From Callorhinchus milii (Eukaryota): 64,000 bases of DNA. The number at the start of each line of letters is the position of its first letter. Positions within the stretch are counted from its first letter, which is position 1. The notes beneath the pieces are model-generated. The model was given only the letters and a program-made list of their open reading frames with translations. It was not told the DNA's origin and made no database searches. Shown here in pieces: positions 30,096-41,600 of the stretch. A program made the position numbers and the translations under genes. The DNA lies in contig NW_024704743.1 of the NCBI RefSeq assembly GCF_018977255.1, forward strand, positions 20,398,001-20,462,000. Reading direction: 5' to 3'.

Positions 30096-30735
30096 AGGTA
30101 GCACACCCAAGAGATCAGATACATTTCATATCTGCCTCTCCACAACTCCATAGTGCCCTCACCTTAAAATCGCCACAGCAGCCACCACCGCAGTGATATA
30201 ATATCGCAGTCGCCTTTCTGGGCGAATGAGTTACGTCGCGAATTCGCCGCTGTAACTAATCAATCCCATTGACATGGTTTCTTTTCGGGTGGAGGGACGA
30301 GAAATTCAGACAAATATTCTTCGCCGGAATCTGAACTCCAGCTACAAAAGGTGAGCACCTACTGCCGAACAAATGCACCTTCCAAGCAATGTGAATGGGT
30401 GGCGGACGGATTCACCGCGTTTTCAGCACAAGGATTTTTTTTTAGAAGAAAAACTTTCTTTAAGATTTGCAAACAAGACAAATAAATGCAGGTTGGTCAC
30501 CGGTCGACGCAGATCCTTTTCTGTCAACTGCATTTTAAACATTGATGTGGGGGGGTGGGGGAAGGCACATTCAGTGCTGGAATATCTTTGGTAAACTGTG
30601 CATTGGTAAATAAGTGTGTGTTTGCCTGACTCCCTGCAACATGTAACCACGTTTAAGATTCCCATCCATCCGGCAGTGCAGGTCTCTGACGGTAACCTCA
30701 AACGACCTGAATACGGGAGATAATCAAATGCAAGG

Positions 30736-30767
<32 letters not shown>

Positions 30768-31916
30768 AACCCCGTGTCGGTTTAAACGTGAAAAGAAAAT
30801 CAATGATTTGAGTGAGTGAAGAAAGGAGAAATAACCTCTGCACAATCGGCGTTGTTTACAGGAAACCCGAGTTCAGAGTGACCAGAGGCGAGTGTGGCAC
30901 TGCGCTTCGTGGTTTCATCAGAGAGGGTCCGGTTTGGGGTTTTTTTTTTGTTTTGTTTTTTTTTTGGAGGGGGTGGACGGGGGGTGTTGTTTTTGTCGTT
31001 TCTTTTTTTATTTTTGTGGGGGGGTGGTTTTTTTTCTCTCTCGCAGCTTTGAAAAAGAACACGTTCGCTTCGCTTTCGCGGCGGTCCAGAGCCGAGACGA
31101 GCCGAGTCGAGGTGTGGTGCGGTGCGGTGTGTGCGACAGACAAGTCGACCGACCCCCGAAGGGCGATGAATCGGATTCGCACACGTTCGTGATCTGCAGT
31201 CGGTCGGTCGGGGTCGGTCGGGTCGGGGTCGGGGTCGGTACCCGGACCTTGTGAGGAGACCTGGTCAGACCAGGTGCCAAGGAGGGTGGTCCCTCGTGCA
31301 CTTGGCCACACCATTTGCAAACCCCCACCACTCTCCCTCTCTCTCTCTCTCTCTCACTCTCTCTCTCTCTCCTCCCACCGCTCCACTCCCCTTCGAAAGA
31401 AGCGGCTTTTTCACGCAAAGATTGCGAACATCACAATTCCGAGTAAACGTTTGAATCAGATATAGCTGCTTCCTGTTTCCGTTGTCAGTGGTGGGTAACG
31501 TTTTGGTCTCCTGCACGATTTTTTTTTCGGGGGGGGGGGTTACTTTTCTCTTTTTTTTGGGTGGGGGGGGGGGGGCTCTTTTTGCTCAACGAGCGGATTT
31601 CCTTTGCTCACAAACAAGCAGTTTCTTTCCCCACCAGAGCCCCCACCATCAGCACCACCTCCTCTCCCCTCCCTCTCTCAAGTTCAGTTGTATGTATGTA
31701 TGTATGTGTGTGTGTGTGTGTGTATGTATCGGAGCAGAGTTCACGGTTGATTTTGTTGACGCGCCATATCGATGTGGGCAATGGATCGAAACGCAAACCT
31801 TCCCCCCCACCCCTGGCCCTGACCTATTTCTGCGCCACCTTAAAAAAAAACCTTTTTTTTTCTTCCTAAAACTCCAAACCCAATCCAACAAAAAATAAAA
31901 ATGATCTATATCTGTA

Positions 31917-31949
<33 letters not shown>

Positions 31950-31959
<10 letters not shown>

Positions 31960-32960
31960 GCACATTAAAAAAAACCCTCAAACGCAGAACGAACGGAGTG
32001 GGGCGTTGCATATCGTGCAGCGGAAGGCACACGGTCCGCAACTCGCGAGCGTCACCTTCGCTGCACGAAAACCGCTTCAAAGGCAGCGAGAGAGACGGGA
32101 GTCGGGGGCCCGGCAACGGGTTTCGGGTCCCGTCCTGACCCGGCGCGGGCTCTCCTGCTGCCTCAGAGCAGGGGCGCGGGGGGGGGGGGGGGTGTCGGTC
32201 CCGCCGCTGCCGCTGCCGCGCACACCGCCACCGCCCGCCCGCCCGCCCTGGTGGGGCTGTGTCGAGCACGTGTAGCGCTCAGGCACCAGGTGACCACTTG
32301 CAGCTTCCATCTCCCCCCCCCCCCCCACCCCCCAAAAAAAAAACCCCAACGTATTAACCCCGTTCTTTCACCAGAATTTACCCCCTCCGCTCCCCTCCCC
32401 ACTATGCACTGACAAAAGGGGGCGTCAGACAGACCGACAGACAGACAGACAGAGAGAGAGAGAGAGAGAGAGAAGGGGGAAAAGTTTGCACAGCGGCTGC
32501 ACTCGGGGCCCCACGTGACGCTTTTTGGCGGGCGCCGCGTTCGGCCGCGCGCGTGCGCTGACCCCTCCCCCTCCTCCTCCTCCTCCCCCACGGGGGGGGG
32601 GGTGGGGGGGGCAGCAGCAGCGCGCCTGCGCACCGCCCGCTCTCCCTGCCCTCCAGGTGCAGTGGTCAAGCCCTGGCGGCTGGAGCACGTGGCCTGTCAT
32701 GTCCTGGCCCCGCCCCTCCCCTCCCGAGCCCATACACAGCCGCCAGTCCGTCACGGGGGGGGGGGGGGGGGGGAGGGGGAATAAATAAATAACCCCTCTG
32801 GTGCCGCGTTCTTGTCGCACGGCACCGCTGAGAAGGGAGTGCACGGGAAGCCCCGGGTCCGGGTGTCCGGGTCCCCGGGTCCGAATGGCATTCCGTTGCC
32901 TTCTCGAGGTCCAACCGCAAACACCGAAGGGCGGCGATATACGATCGTCTTCAGTGGCAA
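31950..32960. promoter_or_regulatory. CpG island with promoter-type motifs and no recognisable protein-coding gene
   Basis: Very high GC/CpG; CACGTG at 32267, 32512 and 32686; E2F-like TTTTGGCGGG at 32523; NRF1-like GCGCGTGCGC at 32549 and GCGCCTGCGCA at 32622; GC box near 32708. Confidence 0.65.
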
Positions 32961-34814
32961 ATGTTCTCGAAACATTGCAACATTGCTTTTGAACAGCAAC
33001 ATTTTTTATTTTGCAAATAAAAAAAATTTGTAAAAAAAAGAGATGGCATCATTGGAGCCCATTGCTTTTTTTTCTCCCCCCCCCTCTCAAACCCTGATGG
33101 TGGGTCTGAACGCTGACTGCTGTTGAACAGGACTCAAAAGCCCGAAACTCGGGCTTTCAAAGGCAACTTAATTTTGATCCCCGAATGGGATTCCGGAGCC
33201 GGTTCTGGCGCCCAACATTGCCTTCCACTCACTCAAGATGGACGGAGCTCGAATGGTTTGACTGTCGCCACCGCGAAACCGCGTCGTTCCACTGCACCTT
33301 CACCATCGGCGGCATTTGTTTTCCTGGGTTTACGAAATGCGCACTTGCCGTGGGATTTACACGCTTTCTGCACTTGGCAATCGTGTGGACTTGTGAGCTG
33401 AACCTTCTGCGCCGCTTCCATTCCTCCATCCAACGTTTTCGTTGGCTCGGGTGTGAATACATCTTGTTATATGGACGTGGGTTTGATGCTTGGGCAAAGT
33501 AAGAGGAAGCGGGCTTACTGCACTGAAAAAAAAGTGGCATCTTGTTGCCCCCCAGTCTCGCATCGTCCATGAAATTAGCGGAGTAGTAATATATTAGTCG
33601 TGTTGCAATCAACAGTCATAGTTACCAGGTTTGATACGCACCAGTGATGCGGGTTTCCACATATAAGCGCCCATTAATATTAAAGAAGGCATGAAACTGC
33701 TCTCCGTGTTGATATTTAAATTACTGTTTGTAACAATCGGACGGTGAAGATCTTTAACTTCGTAATTTACAAAGTGCATATAATCTTGTTATTTGTCATA
33801 TATTTGCTCAATGTTCTGGTGACTCCAGTGGCCTATAGACAGTACATTGGGTTTCAGAAAGTGCGTGAAGTACAACTTCAGTAAAATGTAGAATTTAAGT
33901 GAAGTATTTAACTCAAGAAATGCATTTGCCTTTTGGAGATTATGTCTGAAATGTATCTATTTAAATGTATTGCCAGTGAAATAAAAAACGTGTTTGTTGA
34001 TTCAGAGGAGGTAGACATGTCCTTGTTTCTTTGGATTTATTTTTGTATGGTACACGAATAGAAGGGGGTGTTGATGGAATATTTAAATACGTTTATTTTT
34101 CAAAGAACGTCAAGTATTACCGAGTTTCAGTATCAGGAAAATGTATTTTTAAACAATTACTGATATATCGTGATGATATATGGACGTCATTTATTCTCGT
34201 TGGTATTGCTTGTCACAAGAGCTGTCTTCAAACTGTTCCAGGTTTCACAAAATTGTGAATTGGAATGTTTCACACTACCTATATTTTTGTATTTAAATTA
34301 TGCTTTTTCTACTGTCCCATCAATTGCATGTTTTGTATTGTAGGTCGGTTGATGTTAAAATTCATAAAGTTGCATTGCACGTATTTCAATCTGAATCAGA
34401 AATCAACAAATAACCAAATTAACCGGTGTTTTTGTCAGGAACAAAGCTTTACGTGACGTATAAGTGAAATATTTTAATTTAATTGATAGATTTTACGTAT
34501 TTACTGTGGGTGTGATTGTATAAGCCAGCACTTGATTTGGTAATGACGTTTTCACAGTGAACAGTAAAACAAAATCAATTTCACTAGTACTTTTCAGCAC
34601 CAAGGGGCAGACAACATTGAAGAACATGGCAGGACATTGCTGAGCTACAGGTGTTACTTTTCTATTCTGAACCACATCCAATGAATATTGTACCTATCAT
34701 GATTTGGCATCAATCCTGTATATATTGCAGCATCGCAATCTGTGCTTAATACAAGCACACTCAGAAACTATAAGATTTATAAACAATGTTTGTAAGTTTA
34801 ATGGACAATTAAAT

Positions 34815-35388
34815 AAGTCTTGAATAGTAAAGGTTGAAGGCTTCACTAAGGATAAATGCACAGAGATTATTTTTCTCCCAAGTGGACTGGAGGAACAGAA
34901 ACATTTAAAAAGGTAGTAAAAGAGAATATGTGTTACTGATTATCAGGTATGAAAGAGAAATGCAGCCAGATTACAAAGATTTTAGCATGAGAATTTATTT
35001 TTGAAAGCTATTTACATGTACCAAGTTTTGAAACTTGTGGAGGCAGAACACACGAGTATATTGCCCAGACATATAACATATATTGCCCAGGACATATAAA
35101 TCAGACCATGTTTTGCGCAGCATTCCTGCATACGAAGTCTTAATTAATATTTTAAGATCAAGGCATCCTCCGCGTGTCTGAACAACAAAAACGCTAAGAG
35201 ACGTTCCGGAATAATTTGATTTTTTTATGTTCCTACAACGTTGTAAAAGTAGAACAAGTCTTGACCAGTAAAAGTTGAAGGCTTCGCTAAAGGTAAATGC
35301 AGAGATGATTTGTGTCCCAAGTGGGCTAGAGGAACAGAAATACGTAAAAGTTAGAAAAAGAGAATAAGTGTTACTGATTACCAAGTAT
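34815..35388 (+). repeat. Diverged direct duplication (34815-34950 vs 35256-35388)
   Basis: aagtcttga..agtaaa.gttgaaggcttc.ctaa..taaatgca...cccaagtgg...gaggaacagaaa...tgttactgatta occurs twice about 440 bp apart. Confidence 0.85.
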
Positions 35389-35459
35389 TCCCGGCTTTGC
35401 TCCCGAGACCATGTGTGTGTGTGTGTGAGAAGTTAATGGATGCTTATTTCATATTTTTC

Positions 35460-35625
35460 AATCCACGACTGTTTTGTGGGACACAACTGTGCGCAATTGG
35501 CTGCCGCGTTTCGCCCACAAAATATACAGTCAATTCTCTTTACAGTAGATTGTGTGAAGCGCTTTGAGACGTCCAGAGACGTGATTAATGTGCTGTCTCA
35601 AATGTAAGGATTATTATTATTATTG
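35460..35625 (+). mobile_element. SINE 3' part with (TTA)n tail
   Basis: gtgcgcaattggctgccgcgtttcgcccacaa...gtgaagcgctttgagacgtc...aaatgtaaggattattatt; matches 58430-58605. Confidence 0.75.
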
Positions 35626-38600
35626 TTAATTGTTCATATGGGCAAATGAATGGACATGTTTTAAAGAGCAGTAGCAAACATCCCCAGTCGTCGTTTATTT
35701 TTATTCAGAAAAAGTAAACTTATTGTAAACTTGACACGGCTCCTGCACTTAATGTGAACTACGTGAGGTGTGGGATTTACAGTATTCATTTTTTTCACCT
35801 AAAACATAGGATTTTTTTTAAAAAATGGATCACGCCCACGGCGCATATTGAAGCTGGACTATGTTATGTGCTTGGCTAAAAAATGATTAAACCCGCAGAG
35901 GACACCCATCGCCTCTATATATTTATACGTACTTACAATCAAGATGCCCGTAGCAAATCGTTTGGTTTACCCTTCTCATGATCTGGAGTCTGTCAAGTCA
36001 AATCTATGCCTGTAAAGTAGATTCACATCATTTAAAGACTTGATTAAATACACTAATTGTGAGGCTAAGTGGCTAATACTCCTTCCCTTTCTGCTACCCG
36101 CAGCGTATCCGTAGCTTTGTTGTAGTCCTTGAGCTGTGGAAAGACAGAACTTCACTCCTTCAAGCCTCTGGGAATTTTTACTTTGGGGGGCCTCTCAGAA
36201 AGATCAAGTTTCACTTGCAGAATTTGTGGGAGGTTTAACGCCTGGAAAGGGGAAAAAAAAATAAAGGTCTTGCTTCACCATGAAAATTGTGGGTGAGAAG
36301 GTTGTACCGGCCGACGGACCCTTCTATCTTCGATTTCCTGCCACCCTATGTCAGCAATGCTTCTGAATTATAGCCCCTACATGTCCTCAGTGCAACTGAC
36401 CTCGCCTTGCCATCGATACCCTGCGCTGTCTGAAAGACCGATGACCTCTGCCTAAACGTGTGAACAGAAATACTGACTTTCCTTCGCACTTCCACACTGT
36501 CACCGAGACAGATTAGCTTTGCTGACTGTGTCCCATCGCTGCGAACAGCAGAATGATGACTTCTGTGGTTACATCAGACTGATTACAGTGCCTTGTTTGC
36601 TTGGCAGATTCGCTCCTCCATCCAATAATTTTCACTAGGATATTGCCCCCTCCACCCCCCTCCCCCACCACCCTCATCAACCAGCGGCAAAGACACAGAA
36701 GACCTCAAAAAATGTTATAAAACTTTAAGGTGAACTACCTGGGAATTGTGAGCTTTAAAGCACAACCATTCCTAAGATATATGATTCCACGGAAATACAC
36801 GACATTTGAGGCAGCGATTCTGTCTTCTGCATCACCGGGATTTATGGAAGGGTTTTTTTTTCTGTGCCTGTGATTTCTGTACCTGTGATGCTGTTGATGG
36901 TGTGTTCCATCAACATCTCTGGTAGTTTTTTTCTAATCCAGTGAATGAAGAGAATCAATTAAGCCAATTAAGAGAGCCTACAATATTGAATGTTTGAGAG
37001 AATAGTATCAAAGTTAAAGTAAAAGGTCGCCCTTTGTACCGATTTGATAGTGCCTATTTACCAATCACCTACTTACCAATCCACTGCAATTAGTCTAAAT
37101 ATTTATATTTGACTAGAAGTAAGTGAGACGACACAAATAATCGAGCAATTTTGACGAGGAATATGGGATGAACCACGTTGATCATTTTCATGAAAACACT
37201 TTGTCACTGTAATGCACAACCCACCAAGCACAGGTCATCCAAATACTCAGTGTATTTGATTCTGCGATTCTCCTGGTATCCAATTGTCAACCCCAGAGCG
37301 GGTTCAGACGTCTCTCAGCTCCCGGTGATCCCTCCCTCAAGAGGCAATGAACTGGATGCCACGTCCTGCTGATCCTGGCTCAGATGATTCCAGTGGAGGG
37401 AACGGAATGGGAGAGCGACTCGGAAAGTGGAAATGTGGCTGAAATGCATGCTTCATTTTTGGAGGCTTAAAGCAACGCGTAGTCCAGGTGGGACTGGAAT
37501 TTGCATGCGCCAGACATTCAGGGCATGGATACGTTTCCTACGTGGATTATGGACCTGTGTGAAAGTGTCCCGGTCATGTCATGACTTTGGTTACCGCTGT
37601 GGCGTGGGTTTCATGACGTCACGTCCTTACCTTCTGGGTTAAGATCAATGACAGCTGGTGACAGGATTTAGCAGGATTTGGCCTTTAGCGGAAAATCCAA
37701 TTATAAGAGCATGCCGTCAACCAAATCCGGTATAAATTTACCGACAAGCGGAAAATACTCCATTGTCGCAATGAATTGGCAGAACCGGTATATCGTTTTA
37801 AATTGAGATTGTTGCTTAAGAATAAGGTTTGCTCCAGGACGCTACCGCTAACTGACGCTGCAAACGCTAATTTAGCAGGTAGTGAATCCCAGATAGTCCT
37901 CAATCACAGTGCCACTGTTTGACGGTGTGGTCATGGGGACGTCGATGAAGCAAAATTTGGAGCTCAAGTCAGCCAATGTGGTTCTCACGAGGTACTGCTC
38001 GAGATCAGCACAGATAGGAGTGTGGATGAAGGTTTTTCCTCTTCCCGCAATCAAGTGAGGAACCATCCCTACCGTGAAATACACCGAGAAGCCTTTCTTT
38101 GGCCAATTCATTATTAAAATATTATAGGGCGAGTTTAATACAGTCACGGCAAAGAGGAATGCCAAGAAAGCACTTAACCTTCGTAATTATTTGAAGGAAC
38201 ACCACTGTTAATTTAAAATAAAAATGTGTGTGATAAAAAGATCACATAAACTATAAACCGTAGTTTATTTTGCATAATTAGATTGTGGTCTAGACTGGAC
38301 CCAGAACTGAAAATGCCAAACCCTCGTCGATTTGGCGTGCAAATAAGAAAGATTTTCCATCGACGGGGGTGTGCGGAATAAACGCACGGCCAGTGTTCCA
38401 GTTCAGGATTGGCACCAGAGAGTAGGGAAGCGCGCAATTCACGGCGATGATGTTTCTGTCGACGCCGAGACTTCCCTTGATTGGCTTTCAAAAACTCTTT
38501 GCGATCTGAACTCCATCATCACTAACAATAGTGAAATATGGGAGGCTAATAAGCAACAATATCCTGAACTACTTTTATGTCTATTATAAATTAAAAAGTG

Positions 38601-41600
38601 TCCTCGTTCAATCCCTAGTTCAAGCACCTGTTGTCTTAATCCAACCGAATGAGTGATCTTCCCTTCACCGGATTAATTAAAATTGCAACCTTTGGTGTGA
38701 GAAACACAGAAGGATCCGGGCTCACATCCAGAAGGAATTAATTGCCCGGGAAGGGTATTCGCCGCTAAAGCTATGTGGGTAGGTATAATTGAGATACTCC
38801 TATTTGCAGTTACCGAGTGCGTGAGAAACCAACTGATGGTTGAGTATTTTAATGCTTTGGATGGCTGTGACAACCTGCCCACCCGTGCTGCTGGTGCTGC
38901 TGGTGCTGCTGGTGCGAGATGTGCCACAGAAAATTACATCTAAAAATGCCACAGCGTCCGACCAATGAGGGTTGTCTGCTTTTTGTTTTATTTTTTTTCC
39001 AAGTTGCAGTGCATGAAACTTCCGCCCAGCCGAATAGCGGGGCTCTTCAAGTTGTCTCGCTGTTTGGTTTGGTTTGGTTTGGTTTGCCGTAAAAAAAGGA
39101 CAAAAAAGAGAGCGAACCAAACGAACGCAGATGTGGAGAGAAAGGCAGCAAATTACACCCGTCGTTACCATACACCCTCCGTAATTCGGATTCCACCTCG
39201 AAGAAAATCTAAACTCAAACCCACCCGAACGGAAGATTTCACACTGGAATACGACATCAACACACACCAACCGTGAAAGCTGTGTTTGTAAGTGCACTTT
39301 CACAGCACTCAATTTCAGTCTGATTTCAGCGATTGGTGTTGGATAAAGCGAAGCACTCAGATAACTCGATTTCCCCGAAGCTGTGGGTGATCTGATCTTC
39401 TCTGCGAATTCGTTGTTCATTTGAATCAAATTCGAAAAAAATAAGATGATCATTTAGGTCTCTAATTGGAAAATCGATCCGGCGCTATCTCTATAGTTTG
39501 CGCTGCACAACAGAACCGTTGGTCCAGTGGAAGCAACAGTAATATTTGTGCAGAACTCTTTGCTCATTAATTCGGATTCAGTTAAAAAAAAATCTGTGTG
39601 TGTGTTCATAAGATCAATTCTTCACGATCAAGACTCGGTGACTCAGATTGTGCAGATGATATGTGCAATTCTATTTCCTCTCACTTGCACTTTGAACCTG
39701 TCGTGTGGTGGTCAGAATCACGCAGGGAAACAATATATTGAAGGTGAGATGGGGAAAATGAAAACTAGTGCACAAGCAAATAACCGCGGCGCTCCACAAA
39801 TACGTAAGGACGCACACCGAGACACGTTGCTTTTTAGAGCGTCATTTTTCTTTCACATGAGAGTGTTACTTAACGTCAGATTTGCAGTCGATCTCGCCAG
39901 CATTTTGATTTCTCAACCGCTTGTCAGCAAAAGTGGATTGACCTGCAAATACTACCTCCGGGGGTGTTGCACTGAGGGGGCTGCGGGTTTGAGGAAGGCA
40001 TTCATTCGAGCGCTGGCATAAGATTGCAAAACATATGGAAGCTGGAAAGCAGAGGGACCTTGTGAACAGTCACTTGAAATGTAGTGTGTGTCTGTCCTGG
40101 TGACAAACAGTGTTATCGCACGCCTGCAATTATCAGGCTCTCCTTTCTTTCCAGACACGTGTGTTCAGTCGTGATGACGAGATGCGATATGCATTCGCAC
40201 ACGATACTGTACGAAAATCTTTCTGAAAAGCCAGAACGACTGAACTTGTTCTGCAAAGAAACACGCCACGCCGAGAAGGAGCGACAGAACGAACGACCAG
40301 TCATCTTGAAAGGTGCTCAGACGCGACAGACAGCTTCAAATAACGTGCAAAGACGTGTCAATAGCACAGTGTTTATTTTCTCGTCGCCTCCCTTGTAGTT
40401 ATAAAACAGCCGCCATGCTTCTCCCCTTATAATCTCACGCAGCTCCCCAAGCGATTTAAAAAACACACAGTTCTTATACTTTTTTCACAAATGTCTTTTT
40501 GGGGGGGGGGGTGGGCGGGTGGGGGCAAGATATTCTCATCCCAACATTCAGAAAGATTAGCAAATCATTCATCCGACTGTAGTCTGAAGTCAAAATGAAA
40601 AGAATGGGTATTTGAATCGACTGACTGTCCTGTAGATATGAACAGTTTGTAACAGCGCAACTTAATGTCATTGAAAGCGACACTGAATATTGTGAGTAGA
40701 GGCGAAGCTTCTGTGAAAAAATGACCGCAATCTTTATGTGCTGGTGAAGCCCTCCCCCCCCCACTCCCCCATAAAGATTACAGAACTTGTTAGCCCTAAA
40801 CCTGATGGTAACACTAACAGGACAGGTAGCTCGTTAGCTGCTGCAGGATTCTGAAATCCAGATGTTCCTCATGCATTCGGCCCGTATTTTGGGCATTTTC
40901 AAATGTTTAAATGTTTGTGAAACACATCAGCCCCCAAAAAATGCTACCACTCTGTTGTCGCTTAGTTTTATGGCGTAATCGTACGAACATTGAAACTTTA
41001 CAGGAAAAAAAAAGTCAAAGGAAAATGATACCACGAACAATTTCCCCATATTATCGGTCCCAGAACTGTGGGATCATTTTTTTTTGGTGGGGTGGGGGGG
41101 GGGGGGGGGGGGGACGGGGGGGGACGGGGGCTACACTATTTCTGCTTGTGTAATAAACTTAGGTTTGAAATAAAGAGACACAGATCGAAAATGCGGACTT
41201 AAATGATAACGATATGGGTGTGTGAACCCACGCGAGGGGGTGAGGGGTGGGGGGTGGGGGGTGGGGGGTGTAAACACGTTGCATCATGTGGCTGTAATGA
41301 CCTTTTATATTTGATAGCTTTTGCACCAACAGTACAGTAGGCGCAGGGAATGTCTGCACATGCGCATGTTTTCAGCTGTGCTCATTTAGTTAGCAACATA
41401 CATACATACATACATACACACACACAGCAGCTGGATGTTCCTCGGTAATGGGGTCTCTGCAAAGCCATCTCACCATGTGGGGCAGTTTGTGAAGGCTGTT
41501 ACACAGTGGCCCCCCCTTTTTTTTTACACACTCAGTTTTATTCCAATTAAATGCACACCGCGTGCAAAATATATATGAACGCTTGAACAAACACACATGA

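Noticed and set aside
30230-30256. Palindrome gttac..GCGAATTCGC..gtaac as a miRNA or structured RNA
   Set aside because: Too short and imperfect for a pre-miRNA; plausible by chance in CpG-rich DNA
30812-33033. Many overlapping ORFs on both strands in the CpG island
   Set aside because: Expected from stop-codon scarcity in GC-rich low-complexity DNA; none resembles a known protein
37700-38590. Possible coding remnant: a long + frame with one internal TGA (~37707-38117) and ORF 38371-38589
   Set aside because: No recognisable homology, no convincing splice sites and no SECIS evident; a tBLASTx or PhyloCSF signal would be needed to revive it
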